64,000 nt of DNA from Octopus bimaculoides (GCF_001194135.2 NC_068987.1:102014854-102078853), one strand, 5' to 3'. Positions 39,801-53,382 are shown, counted from the stretch's first letter. Notes: generated by a model not told the origin, from the letters alone. Made by a program: numbers and translations.

Positions 39801-40309
39801 GCACACACGACTTTTACTTTTGGCTAGGTGAATATAAGCAAGAAAATAAACATCACTCGGATATCATCTGAAAATATTTTTCAAGAAGTAGTTGAATCTT
39901 AGACTTTTTACCAGACACAGTGGAAGTTTCCACGTTTTCGCTGAGCTTGCTGGAAATTGCAACGGATAACCCCGAATGAAATGAAAGAGACGGACTAGAT
40001 TATATTCTTAGAGATACACTGTGTTTAAAAGTCAAAAGACAGGATGGTTATGGCTGGACTATATTTGATCATGGCAGGATCAGGACAAAAGTTAAGGAAG
40101 AAAAATAGCAATGTGATAATTGCTACGCCGATGGTTGAAATAAGAACAACAACAATAAGAAAAAAAACACAAGAATGAAAGGAGCAACAACAAATTCAAT
40201 GGAAGTATATCAGCAAAAATTTCTGTTCGTTTTCACAAGATAATACATAAACTAAAGATATATGGTGATATTTGTGATAATTACAACGGAAATTATAGTG
40301 ATACGTAAA

Positions 40310-40545
40310 GGGGTAGGTAGTAGGTAGGTAGGTAGGTAGGTAGGTAGGTAGGTAGGTAGGTAGGTAGGTAGGTAGGTATGTAGGTAGGTAGGTATGTAGA
40401 TAAGTTGGTAGGTAGGTAGGTAAGTTGGTAGGTATGTATGTATGTATGTATGTATGTACGTATGTATGTAAGTAGGTAGGTAGGCAGGTAGATAGGTAGG
40501 TAGGTAGGTAGGTAGGTAGGTAGGTAGGTAGGTAAGTTGGTAGGA
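40310..40545. repeat. (TAGG)n/(TATG)n compound microsatellite
   Basis: Direct reading. Confidence 0.95.
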
Positions 40546-40560
40546 GGTTGGTTGGTTAGT

Positions 40561-40632
40561 TAGTTAATTAGTGTTTTCGCTAGTTAGTTAATTAGTGTTT
40601 TCGCTAGTTAGTTAATCAGTGTTTTCGCTAGT
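40561..40632. repeat. 24-bp tandem repeat x3 (tagttaattagtgttttcgctagt)
   Basis: Three near-perfect copies (one substitution). Confidence 0.95.
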
Positions 40633-40952
40633 TAGTTTATCAACTAGTTAACTAGGCAGTTAGCAGGCTGGGTCATTTCTTCGGTAGCAAGTTATTTGGC
40701 TTTTAGCATATTTTTTATGCAATTAGATGCTGTATTTGAATTGTAAGAATCTTTATGTCAATTCATGTTTCAAACACATTTTGTTGTGTCTGGGAGAGTT
40801 ATTAGGCCAGTATTAATAACACACACACGCACACACACACACACACACAGACACACACACACACACAAGAAAACACAGACGTAAGCACAATAAAAGACAG
40901 ACACACAGATATATATGCAAGCAAATAATCACACACGCGCGTACGCACACAC

Positions 40953-40989
<37 letters not shown>

Positions 40990-41894
40990 ACATCCATATA
41001 CAGTACATGTACAAGAAACAAGGTCTTAAACAAAGAAACGCAGACCAGTAACAGACTAAAAGAAAGACGACACAGAAAAGATTGCAAATGGCAACGAAAG
41101 GACTTGAAAAACAAAAGCAAAAAAAACAACCGACTGTTTAACCAACAGGTGAAAAGAACGATCGATTAATTAGCTGGATAGATATTTAATTGATTAACTA
41201 ATAATTAACGAGTGTAATTGAGCCAGTGCGTGTGTTATTAATATTGGCGTAACAACTCTTTCTAGACAAAACAAATTATATTTAGTTAGTTATATATTTA
41301 GCTTATTTATTGTAGACGTTTCGACGCTCGTCAATTTGCTAGTTAGCTTGTTCGTTCGATTGCTCCCGCATTCGATCTTTCGCTTGCTGGCATGCTTTTT
41401 CGTTCGTTCGTTCGGTGGTCGTCCGGTCGGTTGGTTAGTTAATTATATCGTTCATGCGATCATTCGTTCGTTAGGTAGGTAGGTAACTAGTGCGTTATAC
41501 GAGACACATGTGGGTTAGTAAGGAAGGTGTTGTTTAAGAAATTAAGCAGAAAGACAGATAATTGTGAAATACAATAGTGAAACATAATATGAGAGTAATT
41601 AAATTTCGAGTGGAAAAGAGAGAAACGAAGAACTGGCATCTCAAATTTTTAATTATCTAGACAATCTGTTTATTAAACATAGATATTAATGGATGGTTGT
41701 CAAACGTATTGTTTAAATTGAGTCTTGATATCCTATCACGTCATTGCGCTTTTTGTTTATATACGTGAATATTACTGGGCGACGAGAATCGAGAGAGAAT
41801 TCAGTAAGGCAGGCAATAATAGATACACACAAACATGCAAGCATACACGTACAATACGTACGTTGTGTGTGCCTATATATGTGTGAGTGTGTGC

Positions 41895-41927
<33 letters not shown>

Positions 41928-42229
41928 NNNNNNNNNNTATATATACATATACATGCATATATACACACATATATTTATATGAATATATATGTATATAATA
42001 TATATACACATATTTATATGCATATATATATATATATATATCTTTACTACTACGTATCTCGCTTTACCCCTCTCGTTCTTCCTCTGTTACTTCTACGTAT
42101 CTCTTTTTTCCCCCTCGTACTTCCTCTCTTTCTCATTTTCCTCTCGTAGCTCACCTATTCTTCTACTTTCTCCCTTTGTTTCTCCCTCTACCACTCTCTC
42201 TCTTCCCCTTACACCGGCATGGTCACATG

Positions 42230-42523
42230 CTTCCGGTCAATAATCCTTTTCTTCCTTGGCTATCGCCGAGCAAACACGCGTAACTACTTCGTCCCTTTCA
42301 AGTTCGTGCCTCACAGCGTTCATACACAAATAATTTTTCTCGTCTGGCCGTAAAGCCTTTTCTGTTTGTTTTCCTGTCTTGTTTTTTGTCCGCCACTACA
42401 TTCCTCCATGGCAAGATTTAATTTGTGTATACAAATTTAATTTGCGGTCCATGGGAAGAGCCGTTTTAACGACGCGTCCTGCGCAGCTCTTCGAAACGCC
42501 GGTGTTAAAACGGGGGTAGCTGA
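42230..42523 (+). mobile_element. Unclassified repeat end, possibly PLE pLTR-like
   Basis: Pyrimidine-rich run-in, then gaagagc...gctcttc-GAAACG as in PLE termini. No intact CTGANGA; runs into a gap. Confidence 0.35.
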
Positions 42524-42836
42524 NNNNNNNNNNNNNNNNNNNNNNNNNNNNNNNNNNNNNNNNNNNNNNNNNNNNNNNNNNNNNNNNNNNNNNNNNNNNN
42601 NNNNNNNNNNNNNNNNNNNNNNNNNNNNNNNNNNNNNNNNNNNNNNNNNNNNNNNNNNNNNNNNNNNNNNNNNNNNNNNNNNNNNNNNNNNNNNNNNNNN
42701 NNNNNNNNNNNNNNNNNNNNNNNNNNNNNNNNNNNNNNNNNNNNNNNNNNNNNNNNNNNNNNNNNNNNNNNNNNNNNNNNNNNNNNNNNNNNNNTATATA
42801 TATATATGTACAGACAGATAGATACATAAATGCATA

Positions 42837-42867
<31 letters not shown>

Positions 42868-43206
42868 ACCGGCATATACATATGTATATATCGACGTGCC
42901 TGTGTTTAAGAGGCTGTTTGTGCAAGTGTGAATTTTTGTTCCTTAACTTCGCTCGTTCAATCTCATAAAAGTGCACGCTACTCTAAATCCCACTTATATT
43001 ACATGTCTAATTAAAGAGGGCCGCGTGTCATATTGTGGACATCGCCATGACTTTTATGTAACAGCAACAACAAACAATAACGATGATGGTGACTACAACG
43101 ACGATAATGATGATGGATACAATGATGATGATGAGGAGGAGAAGCCGGAAGTAGGGGAGGTGGAGGAGGATGAGGATTACTGCGGCGACGGCACGAAGAC
43201 GACGTC

Positions 43207-43214
43207 GATGAAGG

Positions 43215-43261
<47 letters not shown>

Positions 43262-43310
43262 GTGATGGTGATGGTGATGGTGATGATGATGATGATGTTG
43301 GTGGTGATGG

Positions 43311-43351
<41 letters not shown>

Positions 43352-43500
43352 GTGATGGTGATGATGATGATGATGATGGTGATGTTGGTGGTGATGGTGA
43401 TGATGATGATGATGATGGTGATGTTGGTGGTGATGGTGATGATGATGATGATGGTGATGATGATCATGATGATGATCATGATGATGATGATGATGATGGC
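43207..43500. repeat. (GAT/GGT)n microsatellite
   Basis: Direct reading; source of the poly-Met/poly-Ile ORFs. Confidence 0.97.
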
Positions 43501-43749
43501 GATTCCCTGAATTTACGAATGGAAGTTGGATATGCGGAGTAAGAACAAGGTCAGTTGAAATCCCGTGTCAATCTTTTCTTTAAAATACGAGAAGCGAAGA
43601 AAGGAAAGAGAAGGCGAGATATGATTAAAAGTGGACATATAAAACGTACGTGAACACATAGATGATGCTGTCCTCCTGATAGGAGAGAGAGGCTCCGATA
43701 ATTCAAGGAACTCTGCAAATCCAGAACGAATCTGTCCACCAGTTATTTT

Positions 43750-43945
43750 ATTATTCTTTTATCCTTTCACTTGTTTCAGTTATTTGATTGCGGTCATGCT
43801 GCAGCAGCGCCTTGAAGGGTTTTAGTCAGGGCAATTGAGCACAGGAGTTATTTCTTGAGCCTAGCCCTTATTCAATCGGTCTTTTACCGAAATGCTACGT
43901 TACGAGGATGCAAACACAACACTGGTTGTCAGGTGGTGATGGGGG
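43750..43945 (-). mobile_element. SINE family B, 3' half
   Basis: cttgtttcagttatttgattgcggtcatgctgcagcagcgccttg...tttaccgaaatgctacgttacg...caacactggttgtcagg. Confidence 0.75.
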
Positions 43946-44172
43946 CGGGAGCAGAAACTCAAACCCAAGGACACACACACACATAGATACATTGATACTC
44001 ACACACACACACATACACACACACACAGATACATACGCACACACACACACACACACAAACACATACACACACACATTTATATATATATATATATATATAT
44101 ATAAATGTGTGTGTGTATGTGTTTGTGTGTGTGTGTGTGTGTTTGTGTGTGTCTGTGTGTGTNNNNNNNNNN

Positions 44173-44256
<84 letters not shown>

Positions 44257-45638
44257 TACATGACGGGTTTGTTTTAGCTACGATCTATTCTCCCAGTTAC
44301 CTTCAATTTCAGAAAATGTCTCGAAGATATGTCCCCTATTTCTTCCAGTGGAACTGAAGGGTTTGGTGGAGGGTTTGGTCAAAGAGAAATGCGTCTCGTC
44401 TCAGTCATTTCAGACTTGTTTCTCATAAGAACACTTGCGATCAGAGGAGAAGTACTTGCTTATCATTATCAATGGAAGGTGGTGAGGCGATACTCTTGAT
44501 GGAATCAGCTGAGAGCCTGATCAGTTATAAATGTAGCCACAGCTTTTACGCAAAATATTATAAGTCAACAATGCTCGGACACGGCGACTGCTTGCAATAA
44601 GGTGTTGTCGCTCTCTTACCATGAAGCATTGCCTTCCTCGCAGTAGTTACCTAGGATTTCTGGAGTCGGTCCATAATCTCTTAGTTTAAATTTTTTAACA
44701 ACATGCAGTCGACACCATACGTTTTCTCAAAAATGTGTTGCTTAGCAATATATTTCTACAGAGGTTTAGTGGTGAGCAAGAGCTATTCATTAATCGACGT
44801 ATAGAGGACATTTGCGTTTGATATCATTTTTGATACGATTTCGTTGAAACCAAGACTGCAGTGTCATCAAATAGACGTTTAGCATAATTATGCATCCGAG
44901 ACTCTGTATAATATCCTTTTACATTCCTCCACTTCAACGCAGTCACTTCTTGGTTCGTACATTCAGGTTTTGCCTGATGTCATTTCTGATAAACCACTGC
45001 AAGAAGATAGATGAATAATTCTGGTATGCTACAATGTTTATAGAGAAAATCATCTAGTAGTGGTAAAATATCTGATGCTCAGTTGGACCTCTTGCCCGCT
45101 ATTAGAGAAGCTGAAATCATATTTTCGACAAAGTCTGCCTACAACAGCATATTTTTGCAATAGATCATTCGACTTTCTCCATATCAAGAGAAGAATAGTT
45201 AGGTATTATTATCATAAAATCTATAAATTAGTTTCAACATTCCTCTACGATTAACAATTCATTAAGTTTGACTTTACAGATTAACCAATTTATATCTGTA
45301 TTTATCTAATCGAACATTTACATGTTATTATCTTATTCTGATTAGACTACTATAGAAGTTAACCTGTGTATTGTTAACATACGGTGAACGCAGAAACATA
45401 TTAATGAAATAAGTTGATAATCTACTTTACAATGATTAATTCAGTTAACAGAAATAGACCATGGCAAACTGCATAATACTATCTGATGAGTGAATATTAT
45501 TAGGATTCTGATTCGACCACCTTTTCACAGTGAAGCAACAAGAATTGATATGTGTGGGCTTGAGTACGGAGTGACGGAGAGATATGTTAAGAATCTCAGA
45601 TTCATTGAAACTTAAATGTCTCAATGAGAGAGAGATTC

Positions 45639-45770
45639 TTAACTGACTGGAAATTCTGTTGTTAACTAGCTAGAAGCTCCATTGTTAACTCAATGGAAGC
45701 TCTGTTGTCAAATAACTAGAAGTTTTGTTCTTAACTGACTGGAATTTCTATTCTTCACTGAGTGGGAATG
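45639..45770. repeat. Ancient 23-bp tandem array (5-6 diverged units)
   Basis: Units in exact 23-nt register: ttaactgactggaaattctgttg / ttaactagctagaagctccattg / ttaactcaatggaagctctgttg / tcaaataactagaagttttgttc / ttaactgactggaatttctattc. Confidence 0.85.
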
Positions 45771-47134
45771 TAAAAAATGAACTACAGCAAATAGTCTGCG
45801 CACTACTGCAGATTGGCTTGCCAGTTACCTGACCGTAACAGTTGAGCAGGTCCCTTATTGGCTGACAATACATGCATTTCTGATTACGAGTAGTGGAGTA
45901 AAAATCCATAGTGATGTTGGTGGTGATGAGGAAGAGGTGGATTTCTATAATTTGAAACAGGGCATAAGATGAGGGTTACATTATGAAGGTAGTTTATAAT
46001 TTGTGTGGAGGCTCGCATAAAAGTTGCTGAGAAAGGTGGAGGAGAGGAAAATGAGATAAACAAAATATGCGAACATAACTATGATGCAGTCCTCCTGATA
46101 CAAAAGAACATGAGACTACGGCGAGTCTAGGAAATCCAGAGATCCAGGATCACCTTGATCACCAGGGGTACATTACAGAGCTTCGCCCATGTGTTGTTCT
46201 CTAATATACATATGCATGCTTAGAGTACATCCATTCATCTTAACCAGTTTCGTCACAGTCATTCAATCTTTTACAAGTTCACTGGAAGAGAGAAAGAGAG
46301 AGAGAGAGAGAGAGAGGGAGGGAGANNNNNNNNNNNNNNNNNNNNNNNNNNNNNNNNNNNNNNNNNNNNNNNNNNNNNNNNNNNNNNNNNNNNNNNNNNN
46401 NNNNNNNNNNNNNNNNNNNNNNNNNNNNNGAGAGAGAGAGAGAGAGCGCGCGAGAGAGAGAGAGCAGTCACTTTTCCATCGTTACTTTCCTTTCCAAGAG
46501 GGTCTCAAAATGTCGATAAGGGCTTGATCGAAGCGGAAGGACTTTCTTGATGATTTTATTGTTGCTGTTGTTGTTGTTATAATATTACGAGGAGAAGTAA
46601 GACAATAGAAAGGCTGCGGATTGAACAACGCTGTTCAACGATACGATAAGGCAAGAAAGCACATCTATATTTCATAGGTCAAAAGATTGCTACGAACTGA
46701 CAGCGTGTTGAAAAATTTTCACATTGCGAGATGGATTCAGAAACACCAAATAAGGATATTACTATAAATCTGATTGAAATTAGTTGGCCAAACGATGAGT
46801 ATAAATATAAATTTTGTTGTATGTATAAGTGTATATAACTATAACGACACACACACNNNNNNNNNNNNNNNNNNNNNNNNNNNNNNNNNNNNNNNNNNNN
46901 NNNNNNNNNNNNNNNNNNNNNNNNNNNNNNNNNNNNNNNNNNNNNNNNNNNNNNNNNNNNNNNNNNNNNNNNNNNNNNNNNNNNNNNNNNNNNNNNNNNN
47001 NNNNNNNNNNNNNNNNNNNNNNNNNNNNNNNNNNNNNNNNNNNNNNNNNNNNNNNNNNNNNNNNNNNNNNNNNNNNNNNNNNNNNNNNNNNNNNNNNNNN
47101 NNNNNNNNNNNNNNNNNNNNNNNNNNNNNNNNNN

Positions 47135-47175
<41 letters not shown>

Positions 47176-48344
47176 GTATGTATGTTTGTATGTGTATACA
47201 CACATAATTCATTCGTTTGGGAACTTGACAAAAATTCTATTGATATCATACCTACCGCTATCGAACGGAAGTGTGAGGAAAGCTAAATTAAAAATTTGGC
47301 AATCAATTCAATTCTTGATAAATTACTATTTTCTTTTCTATATATGTATGTATGTATGTATTTGATTTTATTGAAATCTAACTTTCAATAATTTTGTTTT
47401 TACTAGTCATCTCTTTATTATTGATTGGCAAAAGCAAGTACCCTCTCCTGATTTATCTCCTCCATTTCACCTTACTTTTCCGTTTTCTTGTTAAATTGTG
47501 ATCAAAATTCGTTGATAGACACAACGTGACACGATAACCCAGATAAAATATATTGCTATTGTTGAAAGTAAAATCGATACAAAAAAAAAAAGCTAACAAT
47601 CCATGTTAGCTTTTCTCTTTCTAGAACCGCATGAATGCGTGATACTTCGATACCCATACAATTTAACAATATTTTGGAAATATTTCTGAAAATTAGTGTA
47701 TATTTTAATTATTTTGGCGTATGTCTTCCAGAACCTTTCAAGGAAACATCATCGGCTAACATTTTAACGGTGGTTATCGTTATTCAGTCCCCTTTTTTTA
47801 CTAATATGCGTAGCTATGATTGAAAGCTTTCCAATTAGGGACGTAATGCATTTTTTTCTTTTGGGAGTTTCGCTAAAAATATCTGAAATTTCTCTGTCAT
47901 TCTTAAGATGATAGCATATAACTTCAACGAGGCTTGACTTCTATTTCTCCCACGTCAAACAAACATTTCATTGCCTTCTCTTCATCCTTACTTCCCTTCC
48001 TCTTTTCACTTCACTGTCTCGCTGTCATTGTTTTCTTGATCGTCTTTATTTCTCCTGTCCCTCTGCTTCTATTTCTCTCTATTCTCTCCCCACGTGACCG
48101 GTGTTCGGCCAAGCCTGACTTTTGTTTCTTGGCTTGGCCGTGGTCAGTGCAACATCTATATTCTTCCCTGTGCCTGTGAAATCTTGTATCCCGGTATTAT
48201 TTCCACACACGCCATATTAATTTGACTCGCCCTTCGTCGAAATACACCTGTTGTTATGTCCTGATATTTGTATTTTTGTAACTTTTTCCGTTTTTCCGTC
48301 GAGTATAACCATCCGAAATTGCAAAGGTAATCTAGAACTCGACT

Positions 48345-48895
48345 GAGGAAAGAAAACTCCGAATGACCCGTCCATGTTTTCTTTGTATCGTCTGTCTCGA
48401 TGCTTTGCTGTCCCTTTCTTGTATCACCTAACTGTCTGGATGNNNNNNNNNNTGTCCCTTTCTTGTATCACCTAACTGTCTGGATGTTTTGCGTTCTTGT
48501 CCCATTTTGTATATATATATATATATATATATATAGTATGTGTGTGCGTGTGTTCAAACGGGCAACCAGGTTAAAGTGGCTACAAATATTACTTATATAT
48601 GTTACCATCTTTCTTTTCCTACGCAACGTTCCAAGGACTGAACGTTTTCTTTCTCACTCTTCTACTTTCTTTTCAAAGATAATATTTCTTCCATCTTTCG
48701 TTATTTTCTACTCATTCTGGCCTAACGACCTCCCATATTTGTTTTCGTTCGTTTTCCTTGTATATCTCCACAGTCAAGAACGCAAAACACCCAGACAGTT
48801 AGATGATACAAGAAAGGGTCAACAAAACATCCAGATAGACGATTCAAAGAAAACAAGGACATGTCATTCGGAGTTTTCTTTCCTCTGTCGAGTAC
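48345..48895. mobile_element. Inverted pair of a repeat terminus (+ 48345-48505, - 48770-48895)
   Basis: actcgactgaggaaagaaaactccgaatgacccgtcc...ttgcgttcttg on plus; the reverse complement of 48770-48895 reads actcgacagaggaaagaaaactccgaatgacatgtcc...ttgcgttcttg. Confidence 0.85.
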
Positions 48896-48980
48896 TGTCG
48901 AGATACATCGAGTCTCCCATATGTAGATTATTACATATGCGTCGCACTGTCACTCCAGGGAGCAGAGACGCATTTTTAGC

Positions 48981-49040
48981 CTCCTCCCACTGGAGCTCCT
49001 CCCACTGGAGCTCCTCCCACTGGAGCTCCTCCCACTGGAG
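48981..49040. repeat. GC-rich 15-bp tandem repeat x4 (ctcctcccactggag)
   Basis: Four perfect copies plus a partial diverged fifth. Confidence 0.97.
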
Positions 49041-49951
49041 CTCATCCACTGCACTGTTTCAATTTTTTTAGCGTGTATGTGTATGTATGTATATAGACAA
49101 ACAGATATACAGATATACATATATACATATATATATATACATACTTACATATATATATATATATAAATATATAAATACATGCATACATAAATATATATAT
49201 TCACCAAGACACACGCACGCACAAGCACATACACCAAATTACTTGAGTGAGGTCGATATGTATTTCTTGTGCAAATGACGTTAACATGGTTTCTTATCTC
49301 AAGAAAAAAGAAAATAGAAAAGGGAATAAAGGATAAAGTTGGTGTTTTTATCATCATCTGTTAAAGTTGATATCTACACACAAATATAGTAGGCATTTAA
49401 CGAGATGTCAAACTTGCAATGATTATTGTATGTAAGAATATATTGCAGGGCTGGGACATGAAATCATGAAACACACATAAGGGAGAGTCACATGTGTCAC
49501 ATAAATAATGAGATGATAAATGGATCTGTAATAGTAATACATACATACGTTCATATGAATATTCGTACATATAACACAGTCTCTCACACACACGCAAACA
49601 CGCGGGCACATACTCACACATGCAATCACACACGCACACACACACACACATATATATTGATGTATGTATCTTTGCTCCATATATATATGTATATATATAT
49701 ATATATTTATATACATATATATATCTATTGGTAGATATATATATATANNNNNNNNNNNNNNNNNNNNNNNNNNNNNNNNNNNNNNNNNNNNNNNNNNNNN
49801 NNNNNNNNNNNNNNNNNNNNNNNNNNNNNNNNNNNNNNNNNNNNNNNNNNNNNNNNNNNNNNNNNNNNNNNNNNNNNNNNNNNNNNNNNNNNNNNNNNNN
49901 NNNNNNNNATGTATATATATATAGAGAGAGAGATGGGTGTGTGGAGAAAAG

Positions 49952-49986
<35 letters not shown>

Positions 49987-50499
49987 GTATACACATGTAT
50001 ACATATGTATGTGTGAGTATGTGTGTGTGTGTATGTACGTGTGTGTAGGGGTGGTATACGCTCTGTAAGAATTAATAATATTTGTGATAAAGATCACAGA
50101 ATGTTTAGAATTTCCAATCAGGCGTGACATCTCGTGTCACTGTCAACAAGCCATCTTGCTAACACTATGCACGTTGATTTCATCTCCTTGACAAGTAGAT
50201 AGACAACACCCTGTAAGATGGTAGCAATAACAGCAACATCTAAAACAGCAGCAGCAGTTCTTACAGACATATCAGCGGCAGTAGCCTCAGCAGCTAGTTT
50301 AGCAGCGATTGCTGTCGCAGCAGCAGCAACACTAGTAGTGGTGTTGTAATTGATTTTTGCTGTTTTTGTCTGTTTAGTATTTTGTCCCAGTTGTTTACAA
50401 ATTTGGTAGACGGATTAAGTTTTGTATACTAATTTTGAAAATGAAATTCATTTTCCCTCTATTCTCATCATTAAAAAGTTATTAGCCTTTAAAATTTGA

Positions 50500-50950
50500 G
50501 TATTTTAGCCAATCAGAAGCGAGTATTTTACACATCACCGTGGCGAAAATCTCTGTTTCCATACTAACCAAAGATGCTGCACATGCGCACAAGGAGGACG
50601 TTTAACATCTGCAAATTGAAAACTGCTTAGAAATGAACCAAAGTAGTGACACAAACTTTTAATCGGTACTACACTTGATATGAAAATTGCAATCATCAAA
50701 ATTTTGCATTTGCTGAACGCGAACTTTGTCATCTGTGGAAAATTTTGCTCCAACGCCCTCGTTAAAAATCAACCAGCTTGGACGAAAACCTGATACTGTC
50801 TCTTTACGTACATTACAGTAGGAAATTAATGAAGCAGTCATCCGAAACATAACGCCTCTAAAGGTCCAATCGATATTAGCGAAGAGACAATGATCCATAT
50901 TATAGATGATTGCCCAAACATTGAGCGATAAGTAGATGTTCCTCCACCAA
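50500..50950 (+). mobile_element. Possible pogo/Tigger transposase N-terminal relic
   Basis: TTLDMKIAIIK resembles the first helix of CENP-B-type HTH domains in Tigger elements; the rest is too decayed to confirm. Confidence 0.25.
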
Positions 50951-51339
50951 CACCAAACCAACTCTTAGGATGACTAATACATCCGGTACAAGATATACTC
51001 TGAGCAAGTTTTTATTATGGTGCAACTAGATCATGTCATGTTGTTAAAAGAAAGTTTGATACTGAACAATACGTAACGGAAGATATTGAGCGTCTTACTG
51101 TGCTGTAATTAAAATGTGACTAGTTTCCAAATTGTTTTTATTTTTCGGCAGAATAACATACTACTAATTCATCTTAGCAACCAGTCATGTAATTGAATCA
51201 TGATGAGAAACGAAGCAAAATTATATGGCTTGTTTTTGTCAAATGGTGTAACAGTGGTTGATTGGTCTCCTTTTCATCAGATTTAAATCAAATCAAAAGC
51301 CTCTAGAACATATGCAAAAATCATATAAATGCACAACCA

Positions 51340-51900
51340 CCTCGAACGAAACAAGAAATCATTCAATTTTTTTTTCCGTATGGCAGTGCTTCCGGAACCT
51401 ATCCATGGCGTGGCCGTTCATATGGTTTGAGATAGCCAAGCCGTCGTCCCTATAGAGGGCCGACCTATGTGGGAGTTTAAGTTTCTTGAGGGTACCCAAT
51501 ATGCATAAGCTAACGATGTCAGCGATTTCACCCAGGAGGAATCGTTGTGGACCAGATTTGACTTTCTGCCATTCATGATAATTCTGATATCAAGATCACT
51601 AATGCTAATGTACTGCTCAGCAAAAGTTAGGGCCTTCAGAAGGAGGGGCTTGGGTATAGCTGGGTGGAAGTCGACAATGTAGGACTGGTTGTATTTGAAT
51701 GCTGATTTATGCTCGTCACGACGGAAACCAGTTGATCACGGATGCACTGGAGTTCCAATGAGTCAACACTGTAGCCCTTCTGATATCGGAGTTGAGAATA
51801 TCGAGAAAACGTTTGCTAATGATACCCACCTCACTTTTAGAGGGGTTGATCAGCCTGTATTTGAGATTTGAGAGATGTTGGGTATAATATAGGAGAGGGA
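51340..51900 (-). mobile_element. Penelope-like RT fragment (RLINP/YRDD type, probably Naiad clade)
   Basis: Minus strand: KYRLINPSKSEVGIISKRFLDILNS..HWNSSASVINWF, then IVDFHPAI..LLLKALTFA..IRIIMNGRKS..SSWVK, then EIADIV..SALYRDDGLAI (YRDD at 51443-51454). Frameshifts are present. Confidence 0.88.
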
Positions 51901-51931
51901 GGGTAGACGGAAACTGAAAGAAGCCCGTCGC

Positions 51932-51985
<54 letters not shown>

Positions 51986-52385
51986 CTGTGTGTTAGTGTT
52001 TATCCCCCACTATCGCTTGACAACCGATGTTGGTATGTTTACTTCTTCGTAACCTAGCGGTTCGGCAAAAGTGACCGATAGAATAAGTACTACGCTTACA
52101 AAGAATATGTTTTGGGGTTGATTTGTTCGACTAAAGGCGAGGCTCCAGCATGGNNNNNNNNNNATATATTTATGTGTTTCCCTTTGTCCTCCCCACCTAC
52201 AATCACTTGGCAACCGATGTTGGTGTGTATACATCTTCGTAGATTAGCAGTTCGGCAAAAGAAATGGATAAAATAAGTACTAGGCTTACACAGAATAAAT
52301 CCTGGGGTAGATTTGTTCGACCCAAGGCGGTGCTCCAGCATGGCGGGAGTCAAATGACTGAAACAAGTAAATGAATAAAACAATA
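51901..52385 (+). mobile_element. SINE family B, two tandem 3' halves separated by a 10-N gap
   Basis: ggtagacggaaactgaaagaagcccgtcg...gacaaccgatgttgg...ggttcggcaaaa...ctccagcatgg. The second copy is diverged and ends gtcaaatgactgaaacaagtaaa. Confidence 0.9.
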
Positions 52386-53016
52386 AAAAAGAATGTGCGT
52401 GTATTGAACATACATTCGAACACTCAAAATAGGCTAGAAATTACAAATATTAATTTTAAATAAATATCAATTTATCTCAGATATGATGCTGTATTGTCGC
52501 TTAATTAAATCTCAACTTATTTATATGAAAGCTATAAGAGATATGCAGACTTGAATAATATACCAATATAAATATTAACTTCTGTTCGATAAATGAATAA
52601 TATTGCTATGATATTTGCATATAGTTAGGTATCATATCAGTTGTGATATCTTCATATGCATTTCTATGATATCAGTTATGATATCTGTATGCATGTTTAT
52701 GCATGTTTCTCTGATACATTTCAATTAGAAATCCATTATTCATTGATACTTGTTAATCTTTATTATTTGAAGGAAGATGCAATATTTCTTGTAAGTCTTA
52801 CATTTACATAATTCTTACGATCAGCTTAATTATGCCGCTGAGGTAAGTAATCTAGATTTCGGCTGCAATCTAATACGCATTTATATGTAACATCGGAAAC
52901 TGCGCACGCAACTTCAGTGAGATGTATTCCGTAAAGTGTTTATAAGATATATATGTGTGCATGTGTCTGTGAGTGTGTGTGTGTGTGTACGTGTATGTGT
53001 GTGTATACGTACATAC

Positions 53017-53067
<51 letters not shown>

Positions 53068-53070
<3 letters not shown>

Positions 53071-53130
53071 TTGTATTCTTCTTGACGTTTCAGCCGTTAG
53101 TTAGGTTATGGCCATGCTGGAGCACTGCCA
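53068..53130 (-). mobile_element. SINE family B extreme 3' fragment
   Basis: gtttcagcc...ggccatgctggagcactgcc. Confidence 0.55.
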
Positions 53131-53382
53131 GTATAGTTACACATAATTTTACATATGAATCCATATACGTATGCACACAGAAATGCATCTGCAATCACAT
53201 ATACATTTACACTTGAATACACAGAAATAGTGGCGAGTGCAAATACACACATAACTATTTATTATCCTGCTTAACAGATAACATAAAAAATATCAAAAGA
53301 CAAAGATATATAGCAGTTATTTCAAAGCTTAGCGTAAGTAATGTGTCTGCAGTTATAAAGCAATGATATTTAACTTAACGTA

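Noticed and set aside
43207-43500. Met-rich (reflectin-like) protein
   Set aside because: Pure GAT/GGT repeat without the reflectin M/F-D-X5-MD motif or Tyr/Arg/Trp content.
44340-45130. Decayed DNA-transposon coding relic (Mutator-like WCRLH / DD motif or Academ-like)
   Set aside because: Motif matches are short, fall in different frames and point to conflicting families; it needs a profile search before any call.
51340-51900. Selenocysteine-type UGA read-through in the PLE RT
   Set aside because: The TGA coincides with frameshifts and deletions in a decayed copy, and no SECIS was seen.
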